Assembly: GCA_964019335.1 (NCBI GenBank)
Contig: OZ025686.1
Coordinates: 62,001 to 126,000 of the forward strand
Source: Diplonema japonicum
Lineage: Eukaryota > Protista > Euglenozoa: Diplonemea
Direction: 5' to 3'
DNA length: 64,000 nt
A model generated the notes under the pieces. That model saw only the letters and a program-made list of their open reading frames with translations, had not been told where the DNA came from and searched no databases. Positions 53,884 to 64,000 of the stretch are shown here, piece by piece; position 1 is the first letter of the stretch, and the number at the start of each line of letters is the position of its first letter. The position numbers were made by a program, and so were the translations under genes.

Positions 53884-55365
53884 TTTTTTTTTTTTTTTTT
53901 TTGTTCCTCGCTTTTTTTTTTTTTTTTTTGCGCCCCATGCAAAATTACCCCGGCCCCAAAGCCGGACAAAGGCGACCTCTCCGGGTAGCTCCTTCAAGGA
54001 GCTGGGTGACATGGACAGCGCCTACCAGTTCCTTTCCTCGATATGCGAACGGTGTATTAATCCGAGCTGGGGCGAGCCGACTCTCAAATGCAGAACAACG
54101 CCTGCTACACACAGCATGGAAGCTTGAAAAAAGGAGAGAAAAAAGGGTACTAAAAGTATAAAAATGAGCAAAATAAAAAAGGGGAGGGAGGGGAAGTGGA
54201 GGGTGGGAGGGGAGTTGGGAAAAAAAAAAAAAAAGAGAGGGAATAATCGACATACGAACGGGTGGGGAAGGGGGGCATTTTTTGTTTTTTTTTTTTCTTT
54301 TGAAGAAATAAGGATTGGGGTTTTTTTTTGACATACAAAGGCATCTGAAGGGTTCTGTGAGAGGTCAAAACAAAAACAAAAAAAAAAAGAAAGGAGAAGA
54401 GGACGGGTGGAAGAAGAAAAAGAACGAGGGCAAAAAAAAAAAAAAAAAAAAAAAAAAACGACAACTTATTTTTCTTTTTCCTCTCCCTCTTTCCCTTTTT
54501 TTTTTCCCCTCGTGCCCTGTTTTCCCGTCGTTCTCCCTCTTTCCCCCCCTCCCCTTTTACAAAGAGATGGCATTAAAAAAGAAAAAGGAAGAAAAAACAG
54601 GGAAATGCTGTTCTTCCTCCAATCTTCTTCCTCAGTACCTCTCTATAGGGGAACAAAAAAAAGGAAATCTATGAACAAATAAAAGGGTAAATAATTTTTA
54701 ATTCCTTTTTTGCGGAAATAAATAGTGGCATAGGGGGGGGGGGGGGGGGGGGAGGGCTCTTCTTAGGCAGTACCTTCCTGTTTTTTTTTCTTTAAACCTG
54801 TGCGTGTGTTATTTACAATACCAAGATTAGAAAAAACTCTTTTTTTTTTGTATACCAAAAAAGAAAAAAAAAGGGGGAAACAAAAGGAAGTCCCCACGCG
54901 AAGCGCATCATCAAAAGCAAGTTATTCTACTTGCGAAAAGAAGATTATTTCGCGTCCCCCCCCCCCCCCCCCCCCCTTCTTCATTTTTTCTTTCTTCATT
55001 GGCAACAACTTCAGGACCACATACAGTCAAATATGAAATCCCCTTTTCCTCGTGCGGTGGGTTTTTTCTCTTGCTTTTTCTTTTTTTTTTAAAATTAAAT
55101 TGTCGTCCCCCCCCCCCCTTTTTTTTTAAAAAAGGGCATGAAAAAAAAAGAAAGAACTGTCTCGGATCGAAAGAAGCTGAGGGATGGGGGAGAAGGGATT
55201 TGGATCAAGAGAGAAAATAAAATAAAAAAATATTTTTGCATTAACAAGTCTAGGTGGAAAGGGAGAGGGGAATAGGAAGAACAATAAATAGAATAAAAAA
55301 AATCATTACAGTGGGGGGAGGGGGTATTTTTTTTTTTTTCCCTACTTCCAAAGAATGAAAGATAT

Positions 55366-56903
55366 CTAATAAGTAGGGGTGAGAACAGGAGCAGGGATGG
55401 AACGATGGCTAGAAGGAGCAGGGATGCGTTGCGAACCCCGCGTGTTCGAGCCGTAGGCGGATGAGGAGGTGACGTAACGCGAGTTCTCAGAGGGGGGAAC
55501 AGGAGGAGTCACTCTACTAGGAGCCATAATAGGTCCCCTGATGGGCCTACCAGACGACGGCATCCCTGCAGCAGGTTTAAGGTGCGTAGGGAGCGCATGA
55601 GGCACAGGCGGCCCTTGCAACACTGACGACGCTCTCCTCATCACAGACTCCTCCTTCACCTGGAGTGCCTCGAACTCCTTAACAGGCGGGCTCACATCCC
55701 TTACAAACTTGCTCTTCTGCTCCTCCGTCAGCGGCATGTTGTCCACAATCATCTTCTGTGCAGGGGACATCACAGAGCCTGACGTGTACGCGGAGGTAGG
55801 CAGGCGTCTCAGAATCGCTGTCTTCGGTGTGAAGTACTGCTGCACCCACGGGTGGTGCGCTGCCTCGTCTGCCCTCATACGCAGGACCGGGTCGTACGAA
55901 AAGCACTTCATCAAGAAGTCCAGGAACTCCGGTTCTCCCTTAAGCTCCTCCTTCAAGCTCTTCAGCGGTGCGCTGTTCCCGTACGGGTTGCTGAACACGG
56001 ACTGCGAGTGCACCAGCCTGTCAGCATGGTCGAAGAACTGTCTCCTGATCTTCGGCGAGGCGCCCTTCACCAGCCACGACGGCAGGGCACCGATCCTCCT
56101 CTCGAACATGATGAGCTGCTGCTCGTCGTTCATGGCGTCGAACAGCTTCCTCCCCTTCTTCAGCTCGTACAGGATGCACCCTATGCTGAACATGTCCACA
56201 GCGTAGCTCCATGGGCAGCCGAGCACCACCTCAGGTGCCCTGTACGGCCTCGTCTGGATAAGGTCCTGGTCGGGCTTGCCGGAGAAGAAGGAAGCGCTGC
56301 CCAAGTCGCAGATTGCCCAGCCCTCACCAATGCCCTTCACGTTCGGCATGGGTGTGTCGAGGAGGATGTTCTCGGGCTTGAGGTCAGTGTGGATAAGCTG
56401 AGTGTTAGTGTGATGGCGGGTGACGCACATACCTTGCATGTGAAGTGGAGGAACGCGAGCGTGTGGCATGACTGCCTAGCAAAGTTGGCGATCTGTGTTT
56501 GAAAAATTTATGCAAATGTGTGCGAACATACATCCTCATCAGACACGTGGCCAGGGCCGTACTTGCAGGACTTGAGACTCTGTCCGAGGAGGTTGAACAC
56601 AAAGCACGGAAGTCCCCCCCAGCTGAAGTGGCTCACCATCTTGCACACTTGGTACTCGTTGTTCTTGTCGTTCCTGTTGATGGCCGTCAAGATGTCATGC
56701 TCGAATTGCGCATCCCTCTGGTACTCCCTCCTCAGAATCTTAACGGCAACCACTTTGTTCTCCTGCATGTCCACCGCCTTCAGCACTCTGGCGAAGTTCC
56801 CTGCACCTGCCTCTTCCATCACCCTGTACCTTCCCGCTATCACATCGTCCTTCTTCACGTGGAAGTTGCCAGCGGCAGATCCGTGGTTGACCAAGCTCGG
56901 CAT
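55366..56903 (-). CDS. CMGC Ser/Thr kinase, CLK/LAMMER-like; introns 56493-56531, 56398-56432
   Basis: GAGNFARV, VAVKI, IHTDLKPENILL, DLGSA, QTRPYRAPEV, EQQLIMFERRIG at the LAMMER position. Both introns are phase 0. Confidence 0.93.
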
Positions 56904-57008
56904 GTTACTTAAAGAGATACGATAAAATACTGTAAAAGGATGAACGTGTGAGCATGATGTTAAGATATGATACTCCATCAAGCAGTGCCGTGTAAACAGG
57001 CACTTTGT

Positions 57009-58625
57009 TTATATGTATTTGACACGGGGGTGAGTCTTGGCGGCCGGCATCGGGCGGAGAATAGGGAGCTTGTAAGCACCATCGCACGCCATGTTGCAAG
57101 GGAGGATACATTGAAACTGTGGCAGCGAAAGGGAGAAAGGGTCTTGCAGGGCGTTGGTGATGGTGGTGAGGTTCTTCGTGGTGCTTTGCCTGATCTTATC
57201 GTGGATGTCTGCAGGGAGCGCAATGCTCACACGGTCTGCTGTCTGATCTGGTGTTACGTCTGACGGGGCATCTTGTGTATGGGCCACCTCTAACCCACGT
57301 GGCTGATTCTTTTTTATGTTCTCTATGCTTCCTTGCCGGTACACTTCTCTGATATGTTTCACAGGACTAGATATCACCCGCACTTGCACAGCTTTGTCGA
57401 TTGTCTTGGGAAGCACTGGAGTTGCCTTTTCGGTCTGTGTCCCAGCATCAAGTCTCCGAGCCAGTTTCTCTGGCGACTTCTCTGCAGAACAGAACAGCTG
57501 CGACTCGGTTGGGAACAGCTGCACTTTTTCCGCTTTCGCTCTTTCGTTGCCCCCCTTTTCCTTTTCCTTTTCCTTTTCCCTTTCTTTCTCTTTTTCCCTT
57601 TCCTTCGCTTTTTGCAGCTTCGCTGTGGGGCTCGGTATCTTTGATGCCTTTCGTCGGGGTGAGTCCTCGGAGACGCTGAGGTTCCTCTTCTTCGCTTCCT
57701 TTAGTTTTGCGTTGAGCTCCTTTATGCTGCTTTGCAACATGTTGAGGGTGGTTTTGTAGGTGCTTTCGGTCTCTTTTTGCTTTTTTTCGAAGGCGACGAG
57801 CCGTTTCTGAAGGTTCTCGAAGTCCTTGTTGGACTTCTTGGATGATGTTTTCTCCTCCACGACTTCTAGGTGGGTCTTCAGGAGGCGGTCCACGCACCCG
57901 AAGACTCGTTGTGCATCGACGAACTCACCGTATGCATCCTTCATGCTCTTCAGCTCAGTGTCCATGTCGTAGTCTTCACCGTTCACCTCATAGTCAAGGT
58001 CGCAAGCAGGCACAGGGGGTGGTTCGTCTAAGTAGTCCTGCTTCAGAAGCTCGAGGAACTGTTTGTAGGCACTACCCACTGTGGGCCCTTTCTGCTCGTC
58101 ATCGGAGGCAAAAGGGTCAAGGAAAGGCGGTCTCTGTCCTGCAAGGTCACCGACAGTCTTCTCAAGCTTCTGCGTCAGTGTGTCCACCTGTACCTCGTGC
58201 ATCTTTACGTTCATACGCGATTCATGGAGCTCCTTCTGCATCTCTGCGATGCGGTTAAGCAAGGTGGCATTGCCGTCTTGCTGCACAGCTTGCGGCGAAT
58301 TACCTGTCTCGTCATTCTCGTTCACCAACTTCAGCTTATCCGTCATGTCTTGCAGCTTGCGTTTTAACGTCTCGTTCTCCCTCTTGGTGCGGATCAGGTC
58401 GTCCACCTCCACACGCTCCTCTTCCCTTACGTTCCTGTGTATCTCATCGCGTATCCAGTGGTTTGCAGCTACCAAGATCGTGCTCTTCTTCTTCACCCGT
58501 TGTATTGTGCCATATTCCTGCACCCCCTCATCCAAACCAAGTTGCGACTTTGAAAGAGCCACCTTGTCCACAAGTGCTAGCACATCCTCCCAACCTGCAG
58601 GCAGTCGCAATGGTTTCAAAAACAA
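57009..58625 (-). CDS. Coiled-coil hypothetical protein (5' end unresolved, no early ATG)
   Basis: 538-codon ORF with heptad-rich segments. The first in-frame ATG lies about 90 codons in. Confidence 0.75.
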   Translation of the reverse strand: MFLKPLRLPAGWEDVLALVDKVALSKSQLGLDEGVQEYGTIQRVKKKSTILVAANHWIRDEIHRNVREEERVEVDDLIRTKRENETLKRKLQDMTDKLKLVNENDETGNSPQAVQQDGNATLLNRIAEMQKELHESRMNVKMHEVQVDTLTQKLEKTVGDLAGQRPPFLDPFASDDEQKGPTVGSAYKQFLELLKQDYLDEPPPVPACDLDYEVNGEDYDMDTELKSMKDAYGEFVDAQRVFGCVDRLLKTHLEVVEEKTSSKKSNKDFENLQKRLVAFEKKQKETESTYKTTLNMLQSSIKELNAKLKEAKKRNLSVSEDSPRRKASKIPSPTAKLQKAKEREKEKEREKEKEKEKGGNERAKAEKVQLFPTESQLFCSAEKSPEKLARRLDAGTQTEKATPVLPKTIDKAVQVRVISSPVKHIREVYRQGSIENIKKNQPRGLEVAHTQDAPSDVTPDQTADRVSIALPADIHDKIRQSTTKNLTTITNALQDPFSLSLPQFQCILPCNMACDGAYKLPILRPMPAAKTHPRVKYI

Positions 58626-58666
58626 AAGGAGATCTTAAGATAAGTAGGTTAGTCTGAAGACACTCT

Positions 58667-60998
58667 TCACTCTAGGAGGACTGCTTCTTTATGGGACACC
58701 TGCCACCCTGCTGAAGGGGACGTGTTCAAGGAAGGGTGCGGTCGTGTGCAGTGCACGAAACCGCAGTAGTCAACTGAGTAAGGACGTGCACCGCCCGAAA
58801 AGTACTGTGTGGCAAAGTCCACGATAGGGCCGTGGGTGACGAAGATGTTGATGGCCTCGCCCTGCTGTTTGATCAGATCGTTGAGCGTGCTGAACGTGCG
58901 ATTCATCCCGGTGCCTTCGTCCTCAGGGTACGAGGGCAACCGTACCTCCAGCACCTTATAGTCCTTGAACTTCTCCTTGTGGTTAAATTCGGGCGTCCAT
59001 TTCTTATCCCCCTGTGAATGATTTGTCCATCTGATGCTCATTCATACCTTGTTCAAAATAGTACCAGGCGCATGGTGCTCCCCAAGCCCGTAATGGATCA
59101 TGATCTCGGCTCCTACCAAGACGCTTGCTAGCTGCACGGCTGTCTGATGGCAACGCTCGTACGGAGATGTGATGATCTTCACCTGCCATGTTGTCATGTT
59201 GGCCCCGTCCATGCACTGTTTCAGCAGCGTGAGTATTTTGTCACCCGCGGTTCTTGCCTGTATTGTGTTTGGTTAAAGATGGTACAAAGATGTTACACAC
59301 CTGATGAGTCCCTGAATGTGTCAAAGGTGGGTCAAAAGGGCGTGGGCTGGTTGCTTTGAACGAGTCGTCGTCAGCACGCTCGCCGTGCCGTATGACGAAC
59401 ACTTGCTGCAGCCGCTGTCCTTGGCGGGGTCGTCGATTGTTACCTCGGGGACCTGGCATCGTGCTGCTGAGCGGTGGGTAGTTCATGTGACGATCGATCG
59501 CTTGTTGAAGATTTCCGTCCGACTGCCGCAGAAGACCGGCTGCCAGGTCTTGCGTTACGCTCAATGTGTCCATCAGGCACCGCACCTCGTTGCTCGGTGT
59601 GGGCATTGTCACCGAGCGCGTTTGTGCCGACCCGCTGTCCCGTCTCCCCAGGGGGCCCTTCGGAATTGCCGTCTTCGGGTTTACAGGCGATTTGTTCATC
59701 GCTGCATTGATAGCATTCTCAGCACTCCCTGTTGCCTTCAGCCTATCCTTTGCTTCCTCTGCACTGATAGCCAAGAAATCCATCAGCATGCGTACCTCCG
59801 AGTCTTCTTTCTTGGTCGCCCGTCCTTCCTTCTCCATATCAACTTTCGGCGGTTCTTTGAGTTGTGCTCGTAACTTTGCGGTGCAACCCCGCTCCGCGGT
59901 TAACTGCTGCGTTGTTTCGGCAAGCTCTTTTTCCAAATTTGCTACCCTCTTCGTCGCCGTTTTGTTTTCTTCAGCTAGTCTTGTGTTGTCTTCAATGAGT
60001 CTTGTGTTTTCCTTGGTCCCTTCCTTCGACGACTCTTTGAGCTGTGCTCGTAACTTTGCGGAGCAACCCTGCTCTGCGGTTAGCTGCTTCATTGTTTCAG
60101 CAAGCTCCTTCTCCACATTTGCTACCCTCTTCGTCGCCTTTTTGTTGTCTTCAATGAGTCTGTTTTCCTGAAGATCGACCTTCTTGATCCCTTCCTTCGA
60201 CGACTCTTTGAGCTGTGCTCGTAACTTTGCGGTGCAACCCCGCTCCGCGGTTAATTGCTGCATGGTTTCAGCTAGCTCCTTTTCCACATTTGCTACCCTC
60301 TTTGCCGTCGTTTTGTTATCTTTACCAAGTTTAGTGCTTTCTTGAGGATCGACCACAAGCGGTGTTGCTGCCCCTTTCAAGGCCTCGATCTCTTTTTCCA
60401 GTTCTTTTTTCTCTGTTTTCATCTCTCCGGCTTCCGTCTGCAGTTTTTCGTTGGCCTTCCCAAGCTGGGAGGCTTCTTTCCGAGCCTCCTCCTTCTGTTC
60501 CTTCATGGCGGCAAGCTCTGCTTCAAGGCGTTCCGTTTCGGACTGCAACCGTTTCGTGAGCGCATCGAGCTGTTCTTTGAGGGATGATGGCTCCGTGGAG
60601 GGTTGCAACGGTTCGGTAGGTAGTGGGGGTTCTTGGTCGAGGCTAGGTATAGGGGGGGAGATGGTTTTAACGTTTTTGCTGTCGTCCGGAGGTGAGGTAG
60701 GGCTGACTGCATTGAACAGAAGGGGGACCTTCGCCTTGGGAGGGGTGACGTTACAAATGCGAGTCGCCACATGATTCCCTTTGTTGGGCTCCGTCAAAGA
60801 ACACTCGAACTCCACGAAGCACCCAGTTGTCAGCACCACATTGTCGACGATGTCATGTGGGATGTCAACGGGCTTGCCCAGGTTCTCAGTCTTCACTGTG
60901 ATGGCACCATTCTCTATCTTCACGATTCCCTTCCCACTGGAACTCTTTGGGAAGCTGGGTTTCTTCTTCTGGGCAGGTTTCTTCTTCGGTCCCGGCAT
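58667..60998 (-). CDS. OB/CSD-like + coiled-coil repeats + 2x UBA-like + histidine phosphatase (PGM family); introns 59258-59300, 59012-59047
   Basis: VIRHGERAD, DPPLT..G..Q|A, TSPYERCHQTA, LGE, VTHG. UBA-like LMD..A...L......A (x2). Introns restore the frame. Confidence 0.9.
59850..60315 (-). repeat. Three tandem ~171-180 bp coding repeats
   Basis: KRVAN[VL]EKELAET..QLTAE.GC.AKLRAQLKE x3; gctaccctc anchors at 59941, 60121 and 60292. Confidence 0.92.
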
Positions 60999-61225
60999 AG
61001 TCACTTCCCTGAAGAGGTGCTTATCAGAGCAAGAGAGAAAAAACAAAAGCACAGCCAACCCAAACCAAACTGAACCAAACCAATAGAGAATTATACGTGT
61101 GTAATAGAAATTGGGTGGGGGAAATAATGTTTCTTTTTTAAAAAAAGTGAATTACATAAGGAGAAATGATGATGCCGTTGAAGGGAACCCCTGACGACAA
61201 TCAACTCATCAAACAAAAAGAAGGA

Positions 61226-62611
61226 TCAATCCCAGTGCCGGACGAAGTACAACTCCTGCAAGGCCCCTCTGCACTTAGGGTCCGTGCGGTCCTTCTTGCA
61301 ACCCCGTCCATGGTAGCGAAGCTTCTCAGCATGGTGCAGGTGAAAGCCTGCCTCATAAATAGCTGCGAGTGCTTCTAACCATTGGGCAGCTCCGCCGAAA
61401 TGCATTTCCAGCATCAGCTGGCGGACCTTGAGGGAAGGGTCGAGGACTTGCTGGAGAGATTTCCATTCGTAGCCCTCGATGTCCATCTTTACAATCGTGA
61501 TTTCCGAGTGGCCCAAGTCCTGCATGATGCTCTTTAGTGTTTTAAAGCTGCCTGTCTTGCCTCCTTTCGACCACGAGTTGTCGATGGCTTGCTCACCGTC
61601 GTTGCTAGCCAACCCGTACCCGTGGTATACAACTGTGTTCTGTGTGTTCTGATACCCCATTGCTATGTAGTATCCGTTGTTGAGAGGTGTCCGCCACCAG
61701 TCACGGCCAGAGGTGGACTTCAAACCCTGAGCCTCCAGGATACCGGACATCATTCTGGAGATTTGAGGGGGCATCGGTGTTTTTTCCCGAAGGATTTTCA
61801 GAACCTTATCGCGCTCCGCGACCCACCTTCCCACGGTGGGGACCGGGTCAAAGGAATGCACCGTGCAGCTTGAATCGTGAGCAATGTGCTGTTCAAAACT
61901 GTCCTCCTCGCCGATCCCAAAGGAATACACCACGCATGTCCTTCCGGGGTTCTTCTCCCCGGTTACCTCTGGAAGCTTTGTCTTGTCTTTATTAGGAGCA
62001 CATAGGGATACCACTTCGCTGCGGCACTCCCCTGTGTAGGGTCTGTACAGCTTTGTGATGTGGTCCGATATGTCTTGAAGACACACGACCCACCCAGTGG
62101 GAGATTTTGAGTCGTGCGTGCCGCCGAATCTGTAGCGGGAAGTGCATGCTGCGGTGTTGATGGCGTCCTTCGTGGTGAGCTCTTCTGGATAGTCCCCTGG
62201 GCGGGCATCTTCTGCCCATTCGTGTAGCCTTTTGAGGTAAGCTGAGACGGCAGCTTTGGAGGGTGCTTTGTATTCCGTCTTCACATCTGCGGAGTAGTTC
62301 GCGATACGTATCGGTGCACTGTCTCCCTTGTGATGCGAGAAAAGACGTTTGTCCTTTACAAAGCTGATCGCTTCGTCTTTGTACTCATCTCTCCACGTTG
62401 TCACCTGTGGTTCGGTGGATTTCGGTGATTCTATCTTGGATTTCTTCGCCGTCTTAACTTTCCTCGTCCTCGTGCTTTTTATGAGGTCGTGTACTGTTTC
62501 GTGCTCTTCGCCACGCTCTCTTATCGCTTTCCCATACCACATGGTCAGTGCAAGGCACATTGACATGCAGACCACAAAACCTGCCTCCATAGACTTTAAC
62601 TTCACACCCAT
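61226..62611 (-). CDS. METTL24/Methyltransf_22-like type II membrane methyltransferase
   Basis: N-terminal TM; CVVYSFGIG..SFE..C.VHSFDP; LGH..I.IVKMDIEGYEW; QLMLEMH. Confidence 0.88.
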   Translation of the reverse strand: MGVKLKSMEAGFVVCMSMCLALTMWYGKAIRERGEEHETVHDLIKSTRTRKVKTAKKSKIESPKSTEPQVTTWRDEYKDEAISFVKDKRLFSHHKGDSAPIRIANYSADVKTEYKAPSKAAVSAYLKRLHEWAEDARPGDYPEELTTKDAINTAACTSRYRFGGTHDSKSPTGWVVCLQDISDHITKLYRPYTGECRSEVVSLCAPNKDKTKLPEVTGEKNPGRTCVVYSFGIGEEDSFEQHIAHDSSCTVHSFDPVPTVGRWVAERDKVLKILREKTPMPPQISRMMSGILEAQGLKSTSGRDWWRTPLNNGYYIAMGYQNTQNTVVYHGYGLASNDGEQAIDNSWSKGGKTGSFKTLKSIMQDLGHSEITIVKMDIEGYEWKSLQQVLDPSLKVRQLMLEMHFGGAAQWLEALAAIYEAGFHLHHAEKLRYHGRGCKKDRTDPKCRGALQELYFVRHWD

Positions 62612-62978
62612 TTTCCCCCCTCCCCCTTTTTTTGCGATGAACAGTAGTGAGGTGGAAGGGGGAGGGAGGACAAACAATCAAATAATAATACAACAATGGC
62701 GACATTGACATTCAAAAAATGCATATGGGGGGTTTGCATTTCTTTTTTGGGGGGGGGCTCTGTTTCAAAAAGGAAGACGTAGGTCGACGCCTGTGGAAGA
62801 AGAGGGCCTGTTCCCGTTTCAAGAAGAGCAAAAAAAAAAAAAAAAACTATTCTTTTAAGGTATGCGTTTTTGCGCTCACCGGCCGAGCTGCGCTTTAAAA
62901 AAAAAAAAACCAAGGGTAAAAAAAAAAAGAAAAGAACAACGGGGGGGAGGGGTTTAAAAGGTAAACAATTAAATAAAT

Positions 62979-64000
62979 CTAGACTGGTTCTTCTTGATAC
63001 ATCCCCCCCATAGGAGCCATTCCTTGGCTGAGCATAGCTGTTTTTTTGTAGTAGTGTGGCAGTGTGCGGTGCATACCCATGGCCATCTCCGGGGGGATGC
63101 CCTGTGCTATAAGCTGATTCAGAACGTCTTCAGCCTCCCAGTTGGGCTCTGGTTCAGAGTCGGGTACAGAGGTGGCGCTGATCTCCTCATGGTCGTTGAC
63201 TGGAGGCTCCTCACCTGTGTTCGGGTCCCCCAGTTCGGCTTCTCTGTCGATGAAGGTTGCCAGGATGCGCCCTCTCTCTTCAGACTCGTCTTCGCTCAGC
63301 GCCTCCACACCGCTCCTTGCATTGTACCCTTCAGGGAGTTTCCCTTCATGGAATTTTTCCACCGGCACCTGCTCTTCTTCCCTCTCTGGGGGGTACGATG
63401 TGTCCTTTGCTTTGCTGTACTGTTGACGTTGTGGCGTCCCCGCCGCCCTCTCTTCTAACCTCTTTTCTCTCTCCTCAAAACGTACTTCCCTTGCCTCCAT
63501 CCTCTCCTCTCTCTTTTCAACTGTTTCCACACGCTTCGCCACGTCTTCTGCCTTCTCCTTCATTGCCTCTTCCTTTGAGGCCACAACTGCTTCGCGTGCG
63601 GCGAGCGCTTCACTCTTCGCGTGCAGGCGCTCCTCCATCTCAATCAACATTCTGTGTTTTCGATCTAACTCGGCGGAGCGTTCATCCTGCGCCGCCTTCG
63701 CCTCCTTCAGAGCTTGGATGTCAGACCCCTTGACACCCGACACTGTGCCTTGTGTTGCGATGTCAGCCAGCGACGTCTTGAGCGCTTCAAGGGTCTGCTT
63801 CTGCTCTTTCAGCAGGGGGGCCACGTCGTGGCTGGGGGCGGGTTTTTTGAATTCGGACATGAAGGTGCGGAGGTCGGTAACGAGCTGGAGGTATTCAGAG
63901 GGGAGAGGCGGTGTGGGGTTTGGTTGATGGGTGGTGCGTGGTGTTGCAGATGCAGACACGGAAGAGAGGGCAGCAGGGGGTGCGGATGAGGGCGGAGGCG
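62979..64000 (-). CDS. 3' part of a coiled-coil hypothetical protein (starts beyond the window)
   Basis: Open frame to the edge; E/K/R-rich heptads; acidic tail. Confidence 0.75.
   Translation of the reverse strand, partial: PPPSSAPPAALSSVSASATPRTTHQPNPTPPLPSEYLQLVTDLRTFMSEFKKPAPSHDVAPLLKEQKQTLEALKTSLADIATQGTVSGVKGSDIQALKEAKAAQDERSAELDRKHRMLIEMEERLHAKSEALAAREAVVASKEEAMKEKAEDVAKRVETVEKREERMEAREVRFEEREKRLEERAAGTPQRQQYSKAKDTSYPPEREEEQVPVEKFHEGKLPEGYNARSGVEALSEDESEERGRILATFIDREAELGDPNTGEEPPVNDHEEISATSVPDSEPEPNWEAEDVLNQLIAQGIPPEMAMGMHRTLPHYYKKTAMLSQGMAPMGGMYQEEPV

Noticed and set aside
59850-60315. Regularly spaced repeats as a CRISPR-like array
   Set aside because: In-frame coding tandem duplications in a eukaryotic gene, with no spacers and no cas genes.
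1-64000. tRNA, rRNA, SL RNA or spliceosomal snRNA genes
   Set aside because: No convincing signatures found by eye; tRNAscan-SE and Infernal would be needed to exclude them.

Overview
Eukaryotic genomic DNA, most likely euglenozoan and diplonemid-like (inferred from architecture, not from a database match). About 36 protein-coding genes, all on the minus strand with no strand switch in 64 kb. They form tight blocks (spacers often under 130 nt) separated by multi-kb homopolymer-rich deserts (about 14-16.5, 45-49 and 51-55 kb). Many ORF-track fragments join into whole genes once about 20 small GT-AG introns (33-98 nt, donor mostly GTRTG) are removed. Recognisable products: WW-SAXO, SHMT, PH-RanBP2-ZnF, 2OG-Fe(II) oxygenase, Delta8-sphingolipid-type desaturase, ABC half-transporter, ceramide synthase, GRAM, C2, SAM, TTLL glutamylase, cNMP-gated K+ channel, BART, RPAP1, small Tim, CoA-binding protein, discoidin membrane protein, Pcc1, CLK-type kinase, UBA-histidine phosphatase and a METTL24-like methyltransferase. 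Mobile DNA: one 5'-truncated, RT-core-deleted APE-type non-LTR retrotransposon and two unrelated MITE-like TIR elements. The most interesting signals are: (i) an apparent two-class acceptor code, with A/C-rich cis-intron 3' ends lacking a pyrimidine tract versus U/C-rich acceptors in front of start codons; (ii) one acceptor apparently shared between an upstream gene's last intron and the next gene's 5' end; (iii) a GC-rich multi-hairpin island at 16.15-16.52 kb that is a candidate ncRNA; (iv) two pairs of tandem paralogs defining unnamed protein motifs. I recognised no tRNA, rRNA, SL RNA or CRISPR array. All splice models were deduced by eye and need RNA-seq confirmation.
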